This document shows positions 35,857-44,693 of a stretch of 64,000 bases of DNA, piece by piece (positions within the stretch are counted from its first letter, which is position 1; every line of letters starts with the position of its first letter). The notes beneath the pieces were generated by a model. That model was not told the origin of the DNA and made no database searches. It worked only from the letters and a program-made list of their open reading frames with translations. The DNA is from a bacterium (GTDB taxonomy: Bacteria; Krumholzibacteriota; Krumholzibacteriia; JACNKJ01), in assembly GCA_016873475.1 (NCBI GenBank), contig VGXI01000001.1, forward strand, positions 2,079 through 66,078, read 5' to 3'. The position numbers and the translations under genes were made by a program.

Positions 35857-37716
35857 CTAGTTCGCGACCAGCAGGCCGAGGTCTTGGCGCGCGGGCATGT
35901 GGTAGAGGATCCGCAGCAGCTTGATCTCGTCGGCGGATGGACGATCGACGGTGTTCGTCGTCGCCAGCACGTGCAGCGTCTCGAGGCTGTGCCGCTGGGG
36001 CCCCAGGGCGTGGCCCAGTTCGTGGAGGATGACCCGCTGCAGGTTCGCTTCGCTGCCCGGCTGGCCGTTGGCGACCCAGCGGATCTCGCTGCGCAGCGGC
36101 ACGCCGGTCCCGGCCTCCCAGGCCGTGTAGCGGTGGCTGCTGTACCCTTCGCTGGTGTAGACGATGTCGATGGCGCTCTCGGCCGGGCTGGCCACCTCGG
36201 TGAAGAGGTCGAGCCCCGTGTCCTCCTCCCAGATCGCAAGCGCATTGCGCGCGAGTGCATCGTAGGCGATGCCGTTCAGGGCGTAGGGGGCGAGGTGGAT
36301 CGGGATCGGGTAGCGCGGATGGACGACGACGCCCTCGCCGAGATCGTTCAAGCCGCCGCTGATCCCCATCGTGAGCAGGTAGTCGAGGAACTGCGGGTAG
36401 GCGCCGCTCTGCGTGCTTCCCGCGCGGAAGGTGCCGTGAAGGTAGTGCAGCGAGTCGTCGATGGCGCGCGTGTCGAGAATGTCGTACCAGACACCGACGC
36501 CGCTGGTCATCTCGTCGCGGAGGCGGCCGGTGGGATTGCTCTCGCTGCCCGCCGGCTTCAGGGGAACGTTCGAGCAGTGGAAGCGCCCCTCGGCATCGGT
36601 GAAGACCCACACCTCGTCCTGCAGGCGGCCGATTCCATAGCGCACCTCGACGGCGGGGATGCCCTGACCCGTCTCCCAGTCGAGCAACCGCCCGCCGACC
36701 GCGAAGCCGGCCACCTTGCCGGAGGCGGCGGCACTCCAGGCCGAACGGTTGCCGCAGCCGTCCTGAGCCCGCACACGCACGTAGAAGAGCCGACCCGGGG
36801 CGAGCTGAGGGATCACGAAGAGCTCCTCGCTCGCGCCTGGCGTGGCCGGCAGGAGGCCGATCAGGTTCGTCGTGTTCCACTGCTGCGGTGGCAGGAGGCT
36901 GTCCCAGAAGCGGACCTCGTAGCGCTCGGGCTCTCCTTCCGGCAGGTCCACCGCCGCGTCGAAGCGGACGACGAGATCGCCGGGATTCGGCCCCGGGCCG
37001 ATGCGCAGGTCGCTCACGGTACCCGGCGGCTCCTGGTCGCCGCAGGGGGCGATCGTCAGGTGCCAGTAGTGGAAGAGGCTGATGGTGGTCCCCGGCACCC
37101 AGGCATGGCCTTTGACGAGCAGCGCGCCCTCGGCCTGCGGCACGAAACGCAGCGCCTGGCCGGCCCCCACGTAGACGTTGTCCACGCTCCAGCGGTACTC
37201 GACCGGCCCCGGCGCATTGAGGACGGTCATCGTGAACTCGAGCGTATCGTTCACCGCGGCTGCGACCTCGGGATCCGGCGGCGTGACGAGGAACTCGATG
37301 CCGGGCGTCACGTTCACCCGCAGGGGCCAGCTGCGGCCCAGAGTCAGGCCGGCGTCCAACACCTGCAGCGTGACCGTGACGAGGCTGTCCTGGCGGATGT
37401 TCGGCCAGACGAGGCCGAAATCGGCGGGTCGGAAGAGGAACTCGCCCCCGGCGAGGGGCAGCAGGCTGTCCCCCACCAGGGCCTCGTAGCGAGCCTCGGT
37501 CCCCGCCTGGGCGGCGAGGAGGAAGCGCTCGGTGCCGTCCTCGTCGAGAACCAGGGTGTCCGTCCCGCTGGGCGAGAAGTAGAGCAGCCGCGGCGGAATG
37601 GCGGCCGGCGGCACGGCGCGCCCGCAAGAGCCCAGGCCGAACGCGCCCGCCAGCCAAAAGAGGAGGATCATCGGGACGCCACCGCGCCCCGCGGCCGTCT
37701 TACCCATTGTTGCCAT
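35857..37716 (-). CDS. Lipoprotein with C-terminal metzincin-like zinc-protease motif (HELGHALGPQRH)
   Basis: Lipoprotein signal ...MILLFWLAGAFGLGSC. C-terminal VILHELGHALGPQRHSLETLHV fits HExxHxxGxxxH. The N-terminal 450 aa have no recognisable family. Start could be M1 (37716) or M16 (37671). Confidence 0.55.
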   Translation of the reverse strand: MATMGKTAAGRGGVPMILLFWLAGAFGLGSCGRAVPPAAIPPRLLYFSPSGTDTLVLDEDGTERFLLAAQAGTEARYEALVGDSLLPLAGGEFLFRPADFGLVWPNIRQDSLVTVTLQVLDAGLTLGRSWPLRVNVTPGIEFLVTPPDPEVAAAVNDTLEFTMTVLNAPGPVEYRWSVDNVYVGAGQALRFVPQAEGALLVKGHAWVPGTTISLFHYWHLTIAPCGDQEPPGTVSDLRIGPGPNPGDLVVRFDAAVDLPEGEPERYEVRFWDSLLPPQQWNTTNLIGLLPATPGASEELFVIPQLAPGRLFYVRVRAQDGCGNRSAWSAAASGKVAGFAVGGRLLDWETGQGIPAVEVRYGIGRLQDEVWVFTDAEGRFHCSNVPLKPAGSESNPTGRLRDEMTSGVGVWYDILDTRAIDDSLHYLHGTFRAGSTQSGAYPQFLDYLLTMGISGGLNDLGEGVVVHPRYPIPIHLAPYALNGIAYDALARNALAIWEEDTGLDLFTEVASPAESAIDIVYTSEGYSSHRYTAWEAGTGVPLRSEIRWVANGQPGSEANLQRVILHELGHALGPQRHSLETLHVLATTNTVDRPSADEIKLLRILYHMPARQDLGLLVAN

Positions 37717-37806
37717 CGCCCTGAACCGATGCCGGCGCCGCGCCGACCCAAGCGGAATCTAAGGTCCCGGGAACCGCAGGGCAACGCGGCCGTGCAAGCG
37801 CCGGGG

Positions 37807-37835
37807 TTGAAGCGGTTTCCGGGCTCCTGTATATT
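37807..37835 (+). promoter_or_regulatory. Sigma70-like promoter: TTGAAG - 17 nt - TATATT upstream of the TPR gene (approximate coordinates)
   Basis: ggTTGAAGcggtttccgggctcctgTATATTgcc, about 40 nt upstream of the ATG at 37874. Confidence 0.45.
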
Positions 37836-37873
37836 GCCCCTGCCTCAAGAGAACTTCCCCCATTCCGACGAGG

Positions 37874-39022
37874 GTGACCATGAACTTCCCGCTTCGCTTC
37901 CTTGCCGTCGTCTGCCTCCTGACCCTGGCCGCCGTGGCTGGCCAGGCTCAACCCAGCGAGGTGGAGCAGCTCGTCGCCAGCGGCGGCGAGTACTACCGAA
38001 ACGGCATGTACCGGCAGGCGGTGGCGAGCTTCCGGGAGGCCTTCACCAAGGACAGCAAGCACCTCGACGCAGCCAAGGGCCTGGGCAACGCCGCCATGCA
38101 GCTCCAGGACTGGCGGAACGCCAAGTCGGGCTTCGAGGCCGCCCACGCGCTGGCGCCCGAGGACTGCGCGGTCACCAACAGCCTGGCCTACGTCTACCTC
38201 GCCCTGAAGATCGAGGAGCGGGCCAAGGCGACCTACGAGGAGATCGTCGGCAAGCCGGGGACGCCGGGCTGCGAACCGGGCAACAACTTCGCCAAGGTCA
38301 ACCTGGCCACGCTGTACATGCGCTCGCGCAACGATGAGGAGAAGAGCCGTGCGCTGCAGGTCCTCAACCAGGTCGTGAACAGCGACGTCCAGGACACTTC
38401 GCTGCTGGCGCGCGCCCACTTCTCGCTCGGCACGCTCTACCGGCAGAACAAGAGCTACGACCTGGCGATCTCCAACCTCGAGAAGGCCTACGAGTACGAT
38501 CCGAGCAAGCTGGACGGCCGCTACAACCTCGGCCTCCTCTACTTCAACAAGCAGCAGTACGACAAGGCGCTCAAGCACCTCGAGCTGGCCTACGCCGAGC
38601 AGGAGAACGACTACAACATCAACCTCATGCTCGGACTCGTCTACAACGAGATGCCCAACGGCAAGGAAGACGCGCGCAAGTACCTGCAGCGCGCGGTCGA
38701 CGTGATCGAGTCGCTCGAGGCGACCGCGCGGCCGGACAAGAACCTGCCCCACCGCTACCTGGGCAACATCTACAACGACATCGGCGAGCCGGCGAGCGCC
38801 CTCGAGGTCGTGGACGCCGGGTTGCGTCTGGTCAAGGATCCCTCCGAACGTGCGGGCCTGCTCTGCACGCGGGCCAAGGCCTACGAGAAGCAGGGTCGCT
38901 ACAAGGACGCCCTCGACATCTTCGAGTCCATCCTCGATGACCCCCAGTGGGGCGGCTACGCTCTGACGGAGATCAAGCGGCAGGAGAGCCTGATCGCGCG
39001 GGCTGGCGCTTCGGGAGACTAG
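37874..39022 (+). CDS. Secreted TPR-repeat protein
   Basis: Signal peptide MTMNFPLRFLAVVCLLTLAAVAGQA followed by about 8 TPR repeats (YYRNGMYRQAVASFREA..., HFSLGTLYRQNKSYDLAISNLEKAYEYDP, RYNLGLLYFNKQQYDKALKHLELAY...). Confidence 0.75.
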   Translation: MTMNFPLRFLAVVCLLTLAAVAGQAQPSEVEQLVASGGEYYRNGMYRQAVASFREAFTKDSKHLDAAKGLGNAAMQLQDWRNAKSGFEAAHALAPEDCAVTNSLAYVYLALKIEERAKATYEEIVGKPGTPGCEPGNNFAKVNLATLYMRSRNDEEKSRALQVLNQVVNSDVQDTSLLARAHFSLGTLYRQNKSYDLAISNLEKAYEYDPSKLDGRYNLGLLYFNKQQYDKALKHLELAYAEQENDYNINLMLGLVYNEMPNGKEDARKYLQRAVDVIESLEATARPDKNLPHRYLGNIYNDIGEPASALEVVDAGLRLVKDPSERAGLLCTRAKAYEKQGRYKDALDIFESILDDPQWGGYALTEIKRQESLIARAGASGD

Positions 39023-39037
39023 GCGCCGGCGGAGGAG

Positions 39038-40315
39038 ATGCGCCTCACCTGGTTTCTCGCCCTGCGGCAGCTCGGCGATCCCCGGCGGGGTCGCGCGGTC
39101 ACGCTGACGGCACTGGTCGCGATGGCCGGCATCGCCGTCGGCGTGCTCGCGCTGACCGTGATCCTCTCGGTGATGAACGGCCTCGAGTCCGAGCTGCGCC
39201 GGCTCATCAACGACGGTGAGGCCCACATCGAACTGCGTCCCGGCGGCGGCCGAGCGATCGCCGACCCGGCGCCCCTCCTCCAGATCCTGGCCGATCGCGC
39301 CGAGCTGGCCGCGGCTGCGCCCTTCGTGCGCTCGGAGGTGCTCGCCGTCGCCCTGGACGCCACCGGCTACGAGCGCCTCGAGACGGCGACTCTGACCGGC
39401 ATCGATCCCGGGCGGGAGGCGGCGGTGACCGGCGTGCTCGCCATGAGCTACCCCGATTTCACCGGCTTTGCGCCGCACCCGGGCTGGATCCTGCCGGACG
39501 GCGACGGCAAGGAGCCGGGAATCCTGCTCGGCGAGGAGCTGGCCCGCAATCTCCAGCTCGGTCTGGGCGAGCGCCTCCGCCTGCTCGTCCCAGACGCCAG
39601 CACGGGCAGCGCCAGCGATCTCGACTCGCTGCGCGGCCGCGAGGCCTGGTTTCGCCTGGTCGGGCTGGTGGACGCCGGCCTGTACGAGTTCAACGCGACG
39701 CGCGCCTTCGCCGACCTCCGCGTCTGCGGCGAGTTCCTCCAGGTGACGGGCCGCGCGCAGGGCCTCGGCCTGCGCTGCGTCCGACCGGAGCTGGCAAGTG
39801 CCGTGGCCGAGAGCCTGCTCGCGCTGCCGGCCCTCGCCGGTTATCGGGCCGAGACCTGGCAAGAGCGCAATCGCGTGCTCTTCGAGGCCATGCACCGCGA
39901 GAAGGTCATGATGTACCTCTTTCTCCTCCTCACGGTCGCGGTCGCCAGCCTCGGCATCGTCAGTGCGCTGACGCTCATGGTGAGCGCGAAACGGGCCGAG
40001 CTGGGGATCCTGCGCACCCTGGGCTTGAGCCGGGGCGGCGTTCTCGGGCTCGTCGTGCTGGAGGGCTGGCTGGTGGGTCTGGTCGGCGTGCTGGTCGGGC
40101 TGCTTGGCGGCTGGCTGCTCGGGCTCTACTTGCAGGTCCATCCCCTGCGGATACCCTGGGATCTCTTCGTCCTCGAGACGGTCCCGATCTTGCTCAATCC
40201 CATTGACTTCCTGCGGGTGGGGACCATTACCCTGGCCGTCTGCCTGCTGGCCGCCTTGTACCCTGGCTGGGAGGCGGCGCGTCTGGATCCGATCGCGGCG
40301 ATCCGGTCGCTCTGA
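39038..40315 (+). CDS. Lipoprotein-releasing system-type ABC permease (LolC/LolE, FtsX family)
   Basis: N-terminal TM, periplasmic domain, C-terminal FtsX-like bundle (VSAKRAELGILRTLGLSRGGVLGLVVLEG...AALYPGWEAARLDPIAAIRSL). 16 nt after the TPR gene. Confidence 0.7.
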   Translation: MRLTWFLALRQLGDPRRGRAVTLTALVAMAGIAVGVLALTVILSVMNGLESELRRLINDGEAHIELRPGGGRAIADPAPLLQILADRAELAAAAPFVRSEVLAVALDATGYERLETATLTGIDPGREAAVTGVLAMSYPDFTGFAPHPGWILPDGDGKEPGILLGEELARNLQLGLGERLRLLVPDASTGSASDLDSLRGREAWFRLVGLVDAGLYEFNATRAFADLRVCGEFLQVTGRAQGLGLRCVRPELASAVAESLLALPALAGYRAETWQERNRVLFEAMHREKVMMYLFLLLTVAVASLGIVSALTLMVSAKRAELGILRTLGLSRGGVLGLVVLEGWLVGLVGVLVGLLGGWLLGLYLQVHPLRIPWDLFVLETVPILLNPIDFLRVGTITLAVCLLAALYPGWEAARLDPIAAIRSL

Positions 40316-40338
40316 AGCCGCGGGCGAAAGGGACGCGC

Positions 40339-41139
40339 TTGGGCATCGACTACGTCATCCCCTTCCCCTGCCAGAACAGAGAGGAATTGGGCGAGCCGGG
40401 CCTTCGGCGCTGGACCTTCCTCTTCATGGTCCACAAGTACCTGGCCGAGCGCCCGGAGTTGAATCGGCACGGGCTGGCGGACAAGCAATGGCAGATGCCC
40501 TCCTACCGCGGGGAGCAGGTCGAGCCCGAGGCCTTCACGATCGAGGACGTGCGCAAGGTGGGCGCGGACATCGGCAAGCGCCTGCGGATCTGCCGCGATT
40601 GCCCCGCGAACCTCGACCCGAAGGCCGAGGAGTTCGGCTGCGTGGGCAGGATCAACTACCCCCTGCTGGCCAGCTTCGAGGAGTTCCTCGGCGAGCGCTT
40701 GCAGCCCCTGATCGACCGCCGCGGCGTCGAGGAATGGCCCACCCTGCTCAACCTGATCCTGCGCACGGACTCGCCCTTCACCGGCGCCCCCGTGGCGCGG
40801 CTCCGGGCCACGGAGCTGCGCGGCGGCAGCCGCCTGCTGGAGCGGCACGAGCCCGTGGCCTTCCGGCGCGCCGGCGACGGGATCAGCACCGACCACATCC
40901 TGCACGCGCTGCTCGGTCTTGCCTCGCCAAACAGCGCCGACACCGGCTACGCCCGCGAGATCCCGCGCGAGCTGCTGAGCATCTACCTGGACTTCCTGGC
41001 CGGGGTCCTCTACGAGCGGATGAGCGAGGAGCGCGTCATCGACTTCTCCCGCAGCTGCTCGACCTATCTCCAGTTCCGCTGGCTGCACCGCGCGCTGCGG
41101 CTGGCCTTCAAGCTGGACCTGCCGCTGCTGATCCACTGA
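40339..41139 (+). CDS. Hypothetical protein with Cys cluster (CRDCPANLDPKAEEFGC), no recognised family
   Basis: 266-aa ORF with consistent GC3 bias, starting at a TTG (alternative ATG at M30). CX2CX12C arrangement. Unknown function. Confidence 0.4.
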   Translation: MGIDYVIPFPCQNREELGEPGLRRWTFLFMVHKYLAERPELNRHGLADKQWQMPSYRGEQVEPEAFTIEDVRKVGADIGKRLRICRDCPANLDPKAEEFGCVGRINYPLLASFEEFLGERLQPLIDRRGVEEWPTLLNLILRTDSPFTGAPVARLRATELRGGSRLLERHEPVAFRRAGDGISTDHILHALLGLASPNSADTGYAREIPRELLSIYLDFLAGVLYERMSEERVIDFSRSCSTYLQFRWLHRALRLAFKLDLPLLIH

Positions 41140-41146
41140 GCAGGGA

Positions 41147-42625
41147 CTAGATCTCGTGCGGCAGGAGTTCCTCGGGGCTGAGGAAGTACTTGTCGGCGGG
41201 GTAGTACGCGAGGTTGCTCACGCGAGACGTGTAGAGGCAGGCGAAGTCGCACATCTGGTCGCCGAAACGGCTCAGCTCGTTGTCCACCTTGCAGAGCGGT
41301 CCCCAGTAGCGGTTGAAGCGGCGCCGGATGCCGACTTCCACCTCCTTGATCGCGAGCAGGTTGGCCGTGAGGCGGCGGTCCAGCTCGCGCCCTTCCGCGC
41401 CCAGCGCTTCGAGGCGCTCGTCGAGGGCGCGGAGTTCGTCGGGGGGCAGGGAGCGATAGCGGCTGAGCTTGGTCTGGCGGGCCGCGTCCAGGCTCTCACG
41501 CGCCTCCAGAAGCCGCTCGAGAATCGCCTCGTTCTCCACCTGGAGACCGTCGATGCGCTCCGTGTCCGGTGCGCTCGCCTCCATCGCCCGGAGCTCGTGC
41601 TCGAGCTCCTCGACGACCATCATCGTGCGCCAGCCGCAGGTCTTCTTGGACCGGAGAATGTCTCCGTAGATGTGATCGCCGACGTAGAGGATCGCGTCGC
41701 CGCCGGCCCCCAACTGCTGCTGGAGGAGCTGGACGTTGCCGCCGGCGAAGCACGGCACCCCGTGGCAGTCCCCCGCGACGGCTCGCCAGGGCGCCGGTCC
41801 GGCGAAGAAACCCGGCTTGCGCGAGTCCGTGACGATGAGGTCGAAGTAGCTCCACCAGGGGCGCTCGAGGCCGTCGACGAGCACGTGGCTGAGCACCGCG
41901 TCGGTGTAGGTCAGGTCCGAGTTCGTGAGCAGGAAGAGCTTCTTTCCCGCCCGGCGCAGCTTGTCCAGCGCGGCCGGAAGCCTGGGATCGCGGAGGAAGC
42001 ACTCGCCCAGCCGCTCGAGGATGATTGCCTTCAGGGTGCCGTCCCGGTGCACCAGGTCGACGCTGCTGCGGATGTCGTCGAATAGCCGGCGGTAGTCCAG
42101 GTCTCCCAGCGCCGCCGCCTCCATCGCCTCGACGACGCCTGCGTAGAGGGAGATCTCCGGCAGGCCGAAGAGGGTGTCGTTGCTCCAGAAGCGCTCGTCC
42201 GACATGCGGAGGCCGCCCCCCGTGTAGAGGGCTCTGCGCATCTCCTTGTCCAGCCGGCGCCGGCCGTGCAGAGCCTCGGCCACGTACTGGAACTTGTCCA
42301 TTTTCAATATGTTACCTGTGACTTTGTCCACGACGAGGCCGCGGATCCCGAACTCGGGGTCGTAGCGGACCTCCCGCAGCAGCTCGGGGTAGCCGCAGTC
42401 GCGGATGAGTCTCTCCTTGGCGTGGTCGAAGGCCAGGGCCTCGATGAAATTGCGGTTGTAGAGCGCCAGGGTGTGGTCCATGTCGAAGCCCACCCAGCGG
42501 ATGCTCCCCATGCGCAGGTTGCGATTCACGTAGATGCGATTGGGCTTCTCGATGAAGCGTTCGAAGCGGTGGGCGGCCACCGTCGGCAGGCGATGCGGGG
42601 AGATCTCTGAGGCTTTGCGCATCAT
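41147..42625 (-). CDS. HAD-superfamily cytosolic 5'-nucleotidase (cN-II/HAD-IG type) domain protein
   Basis: IYVNRNLRMGSIRWVGFDMDHTLALY (DxDxT), LFLLTNSD, YVGDHIYGDIL motifs typical of 5'-nucleotidase-domain proteins. 492 aa. Confidence 0.75.
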   Translation of the reverse strand: MMRKASEISPHRLPTVAAHRFERFIEKPNRIYVNRNLRMGSIRWVGFDMDHTLALYNRNFIEALAFDHAKERLIRDCGYPELLREVRYDPEFGIRGLVVDKVTGNILKMDKFQYVAEALHGRRRLDKEMRRALYTGGGLRMSDERFWSNDTLFGLPEISLYAGVVEAMEAAALGDLDYRRLFDDIRSSVDLVHRDGTLKAIILERLGECFLRDPRLPAALDKLRRAGKKLFLLTNSDLTYTDAVLSHVLVDGLERPWWSYFDLIVTDSRKPGFFAGPAPWRAVAGDCHGVPCFAGGNVQLLQQQLGAGGDAILYVGDHIYGDILRSKKTCGWRTMMVVEELEHELRAMEASAPDTERIDGLQVENEAILERLLEARESLDAARQTKLSRYRSLPPDELRALDERLEALGAEGRELDRRLTANLLAIKEVEVGIRRRFNRYWGPLCKVDNELSRFGDQMCDFACLYTSRVSNLAYYPADKYFLSPEELLPHEI

Positions 42626-42749
42626 GGCTCAGTGAATGTGCCGCGCGCGCGGCGCGGGGGCAAGCGAAGGGGCCTTGGTATCCGAGGACTTCCCTTAGTG
42701 CATAATCCTTGCCAGGAATTCCGAATTGCCGAAAAAAGTCCGCCAGGGG

Positions 42750-42779
42750 TTGACCCCTGCCGGAGCGTCTGCCTAGACT
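42750..42779 (+). promoter_or_regulatory. Sigma70-like promoter TTGACC - 18 nt - TAGACT, with upstream A6 tract and a short hairpin caggggTTGAcccctg overlapping the -35 (approximate coordinates)
   Basis: About 30 nt upstream of the GGAGGAGG RBS and ATG of the 3D-domain gene. Confidence 0.4.
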
Positions 42780-42807
42780 GCTGCCCTCAGGAGGAGGTGC
42801 CCCGACC

Positions 42808-43311
42808 ATGAAGTCCACCGTCGCCCCCCTGTTCGCGCTCGTGTTCGCCCTGGGCCTGCGCCCGGTCGGGCCCTGGCGCGCGCCTGCCCCCGGGGGCGGG
42901 GCGGCGGCCGGTGCGGACTCCCTCCTGCGCCCCTCGCCGACCCTGGCCCTCATCGACGAGTGGCTGGGGCTGGCCAGCCCGCCGATCTACGCCGTCACGG
43001 TCACGGCCTACTCCAGTCACGAGGGACAGTGCGACTCGACGCCGCACCTGACGGCCTCCGGCACCCGCGTCCGCCAGGGGGTCATCGCCCTCAGCCGGGA
43101 CCTCCTGCGCCATTTCAACCCGGCGGCGCCCTTCAGCTGGGGCGACCGGGTGCACGTCGAGGGGCTCGGCGAGTTCATCGTGGAGGACACGATGAACCGG
43201 CGCCACCAGCTCCGGGCCGACATCTGGCTGCCGGACGAGGCCAGCGCCATCGCCTGGGGCGTTCGGGAGCTGACACTGAGCCCCGTTCCCGACAACCCCC
43301 TGGGCCTCTGA
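42808..43311 (+). CDS. 3D-domain (MltA-like double-psi beta-barrel) secreted protein
   Basis: Signal peptide. YAVTVTAYSSHEGQCDSTPHLTASGTRVRQGVIALSRDLL...GDRVHVEGLGEFIVEDTM matches the 3D-domain pattern. Strong RBS. Confidence 0.65.
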   Translation: MKSTVAPLFALVFALGLRPVGPWRAPAPGGGAAAGADSLLRPSPTLALIDEWLGLASPPIYAVTVTAYSSHEGQCDSTPHLTASGTRVRQGVIALSRDLLRHFNPAAPFSWGDRVHVEGLGEFIVEDTMNRRHQLRADIWLPDEASAIAWGVRELTLSPVPDNPLGL

Positions 43312-43386
43312 TCCCTCCGCCCAACAAAGGCCGCAGGCGGGAGCCTGCGGCCCCCGCCTGCCAGTAAATGCTTCTGAGTCAATAAG

Positions 43387-44220
43387 CTACATCGCGCCCT
43401 CGCCGCGGACGACCACGCGGAATGTCCGTGCGATGATCTTGAGATCGTTCCCCAACGAGCACTTCTGGATGTAGTAGCGATCCAGGGTGATCTTGCGACG
43501 GATGTGCTCGAGGTCCGTGTCGTAGCCGTTGCGGATCTGCGCCAGGCCGGTGATGCCGGGCTTCACGCCCAGGCGGTCCGTGTAGCCGGGGATCTGCTCG
43601 GCCAGATAGGCGATGATCTCGGGCCGCTCCGGGCGGGGCCCGACGATGCTCATGTCGCCCTTCAGCACGTTCCAGAACTGGGGCAGCTCGTCGATCCGCG
43701 TGCGCCGCATGAGGCGGCCGAGGCGGGTGATGCGTGCGTCGTTCTTCTTGGCGAGCTGGATGCCGTTCTTCTCGGCGTCCGAGACCATGCTGCGGAACTT
43801 GTAGATCTCGAAGGGCCGACCGGGCACGGGAGCGAGGCGGCGGTCGCTGCGGCGCCGCTCCTCGAGCACGCGGATGTTCGTGTGGCGACGGCGGTCACCG
43901 GTGCGCAGGTTCAGGCCGGTCCGCTGCTGGCGGTAGATCACCGGGCCAGGGCTCTCGAGCTTGATCAGGACGGCTAGCGCGAAGAAGAGCGGGCTCAGCA
44001 GGACCAGCGCCAGGAGGGAGACCAGGACATCGAAAGCGCGGATGGCCCGTCGCGTCAGCGGGCTCAGGTAGCGCTCGTTCGGCACGTGACCGCGCTTCTC
44101 GTAGCGGCTGAGCCAAGTCAGCGAGGGATCGCCCTCGGGGTCACTCACCGTGCTGAGCTGGAGCTGTCCCTTGCTGCGGAAGGACTCCAGAAAGTCGTCT
44201 GCCAGGACTGTCTTCTTCAT
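43387..44220 (-). CDS. Bacterial sugar transferase (undecaprenyl-phosphate glycosyl-1-phosphate transferase, PglC/WbaP/EpsL type); initiating enzyme of the EPS locus
   Basis: C-terminal catalytic domain (FEIYKFRSM...LDELPQFWNVLKGDMSIVGPRPE...YIQKCSLGNDLKI) preceded by a TM helix. Start refined to MKKTVL (M78 of the track ORF). An upstream in-frame ATG at 44451 would add a 77-aa extension that runs through a T8 tract, which is unlikely. Confidence 0.75.
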   Translation of the reverse strand: MKKTVLADDFLESFRSKGQLQLSTVSDPEGDPSLTWLSRYEKRGHVPNERYLSPLTRRAIRAFDVLVSLLALVLLSPLFFALAVLIKLESPGPVIYRQQRTGLNLRTGDRRRHTNIRVLEERRRSDRRLAPVPGRPFEIYKFRSMVSDAEKNGIQLAKKNDARITRLGRLMRRTRIDELPQFWNVLKGDMSIVGPRPERPEIIAYLAEQIPGYTDRLGVKPGITGLAQIRNGYDTDLEHIRRKITLDRYYIQKCSLGNDLKIIARTFRVVVRGEGAM

Positions 44221-44693
44221 CGGGGACCACGCCTGTTGTTCGTCACATGGGGGTGCTAGCGCTGACGCAATCAGGGTACCAAGTCGCGCTGCGCCGACAT
44301 GTAAGGGTTCCCACATTCCGAACGAATCCGGGCGGCTAAAAAAAAGCAGGGCGAATCTGAAGCTTCCCCCTGTCTCCTTCACCGACCCGGAGAGCTCGAG
44401 CCATGGCGCATACTCCGCCGCTGCTCTCACCCACCGATCCATGTCTGACACCCGGAATCCGTCCCGGGCAGCGCTGCGCGCCGGGTCTCAGTATATCATC
44501 GCCCTCTGAGATGCCGCAAGGTGGACGGGTGCAATATCACGAAAACAAGAGGAGGCACCCGCGGAAATCCGGCGTTTCAGACAGGAATTGCTGTTTCTGC
44601 GCCCGCTCCGGCTCGCGTTGCGCATTGCGGGTCTGCTGCGGAATGGTGAATCCCGCTGACTGCGGCGCCCCGGCGAACTCTCCGGCGCTCGGC

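Noticed and set aside
44221-44451. 77-aa N-terminal extension of the sugar transferase (track start 44451)
   Set aside because: The in-frame ATG at 44451 would make the protein read through a T8 homopolymer and a hairpin region with poor codon bias. PglC/WbaP-type transferases begin shortly before their TM helix, so I kept the ATG at 44220 and treated the upstream part as a 5' leader. Not fully excluded.
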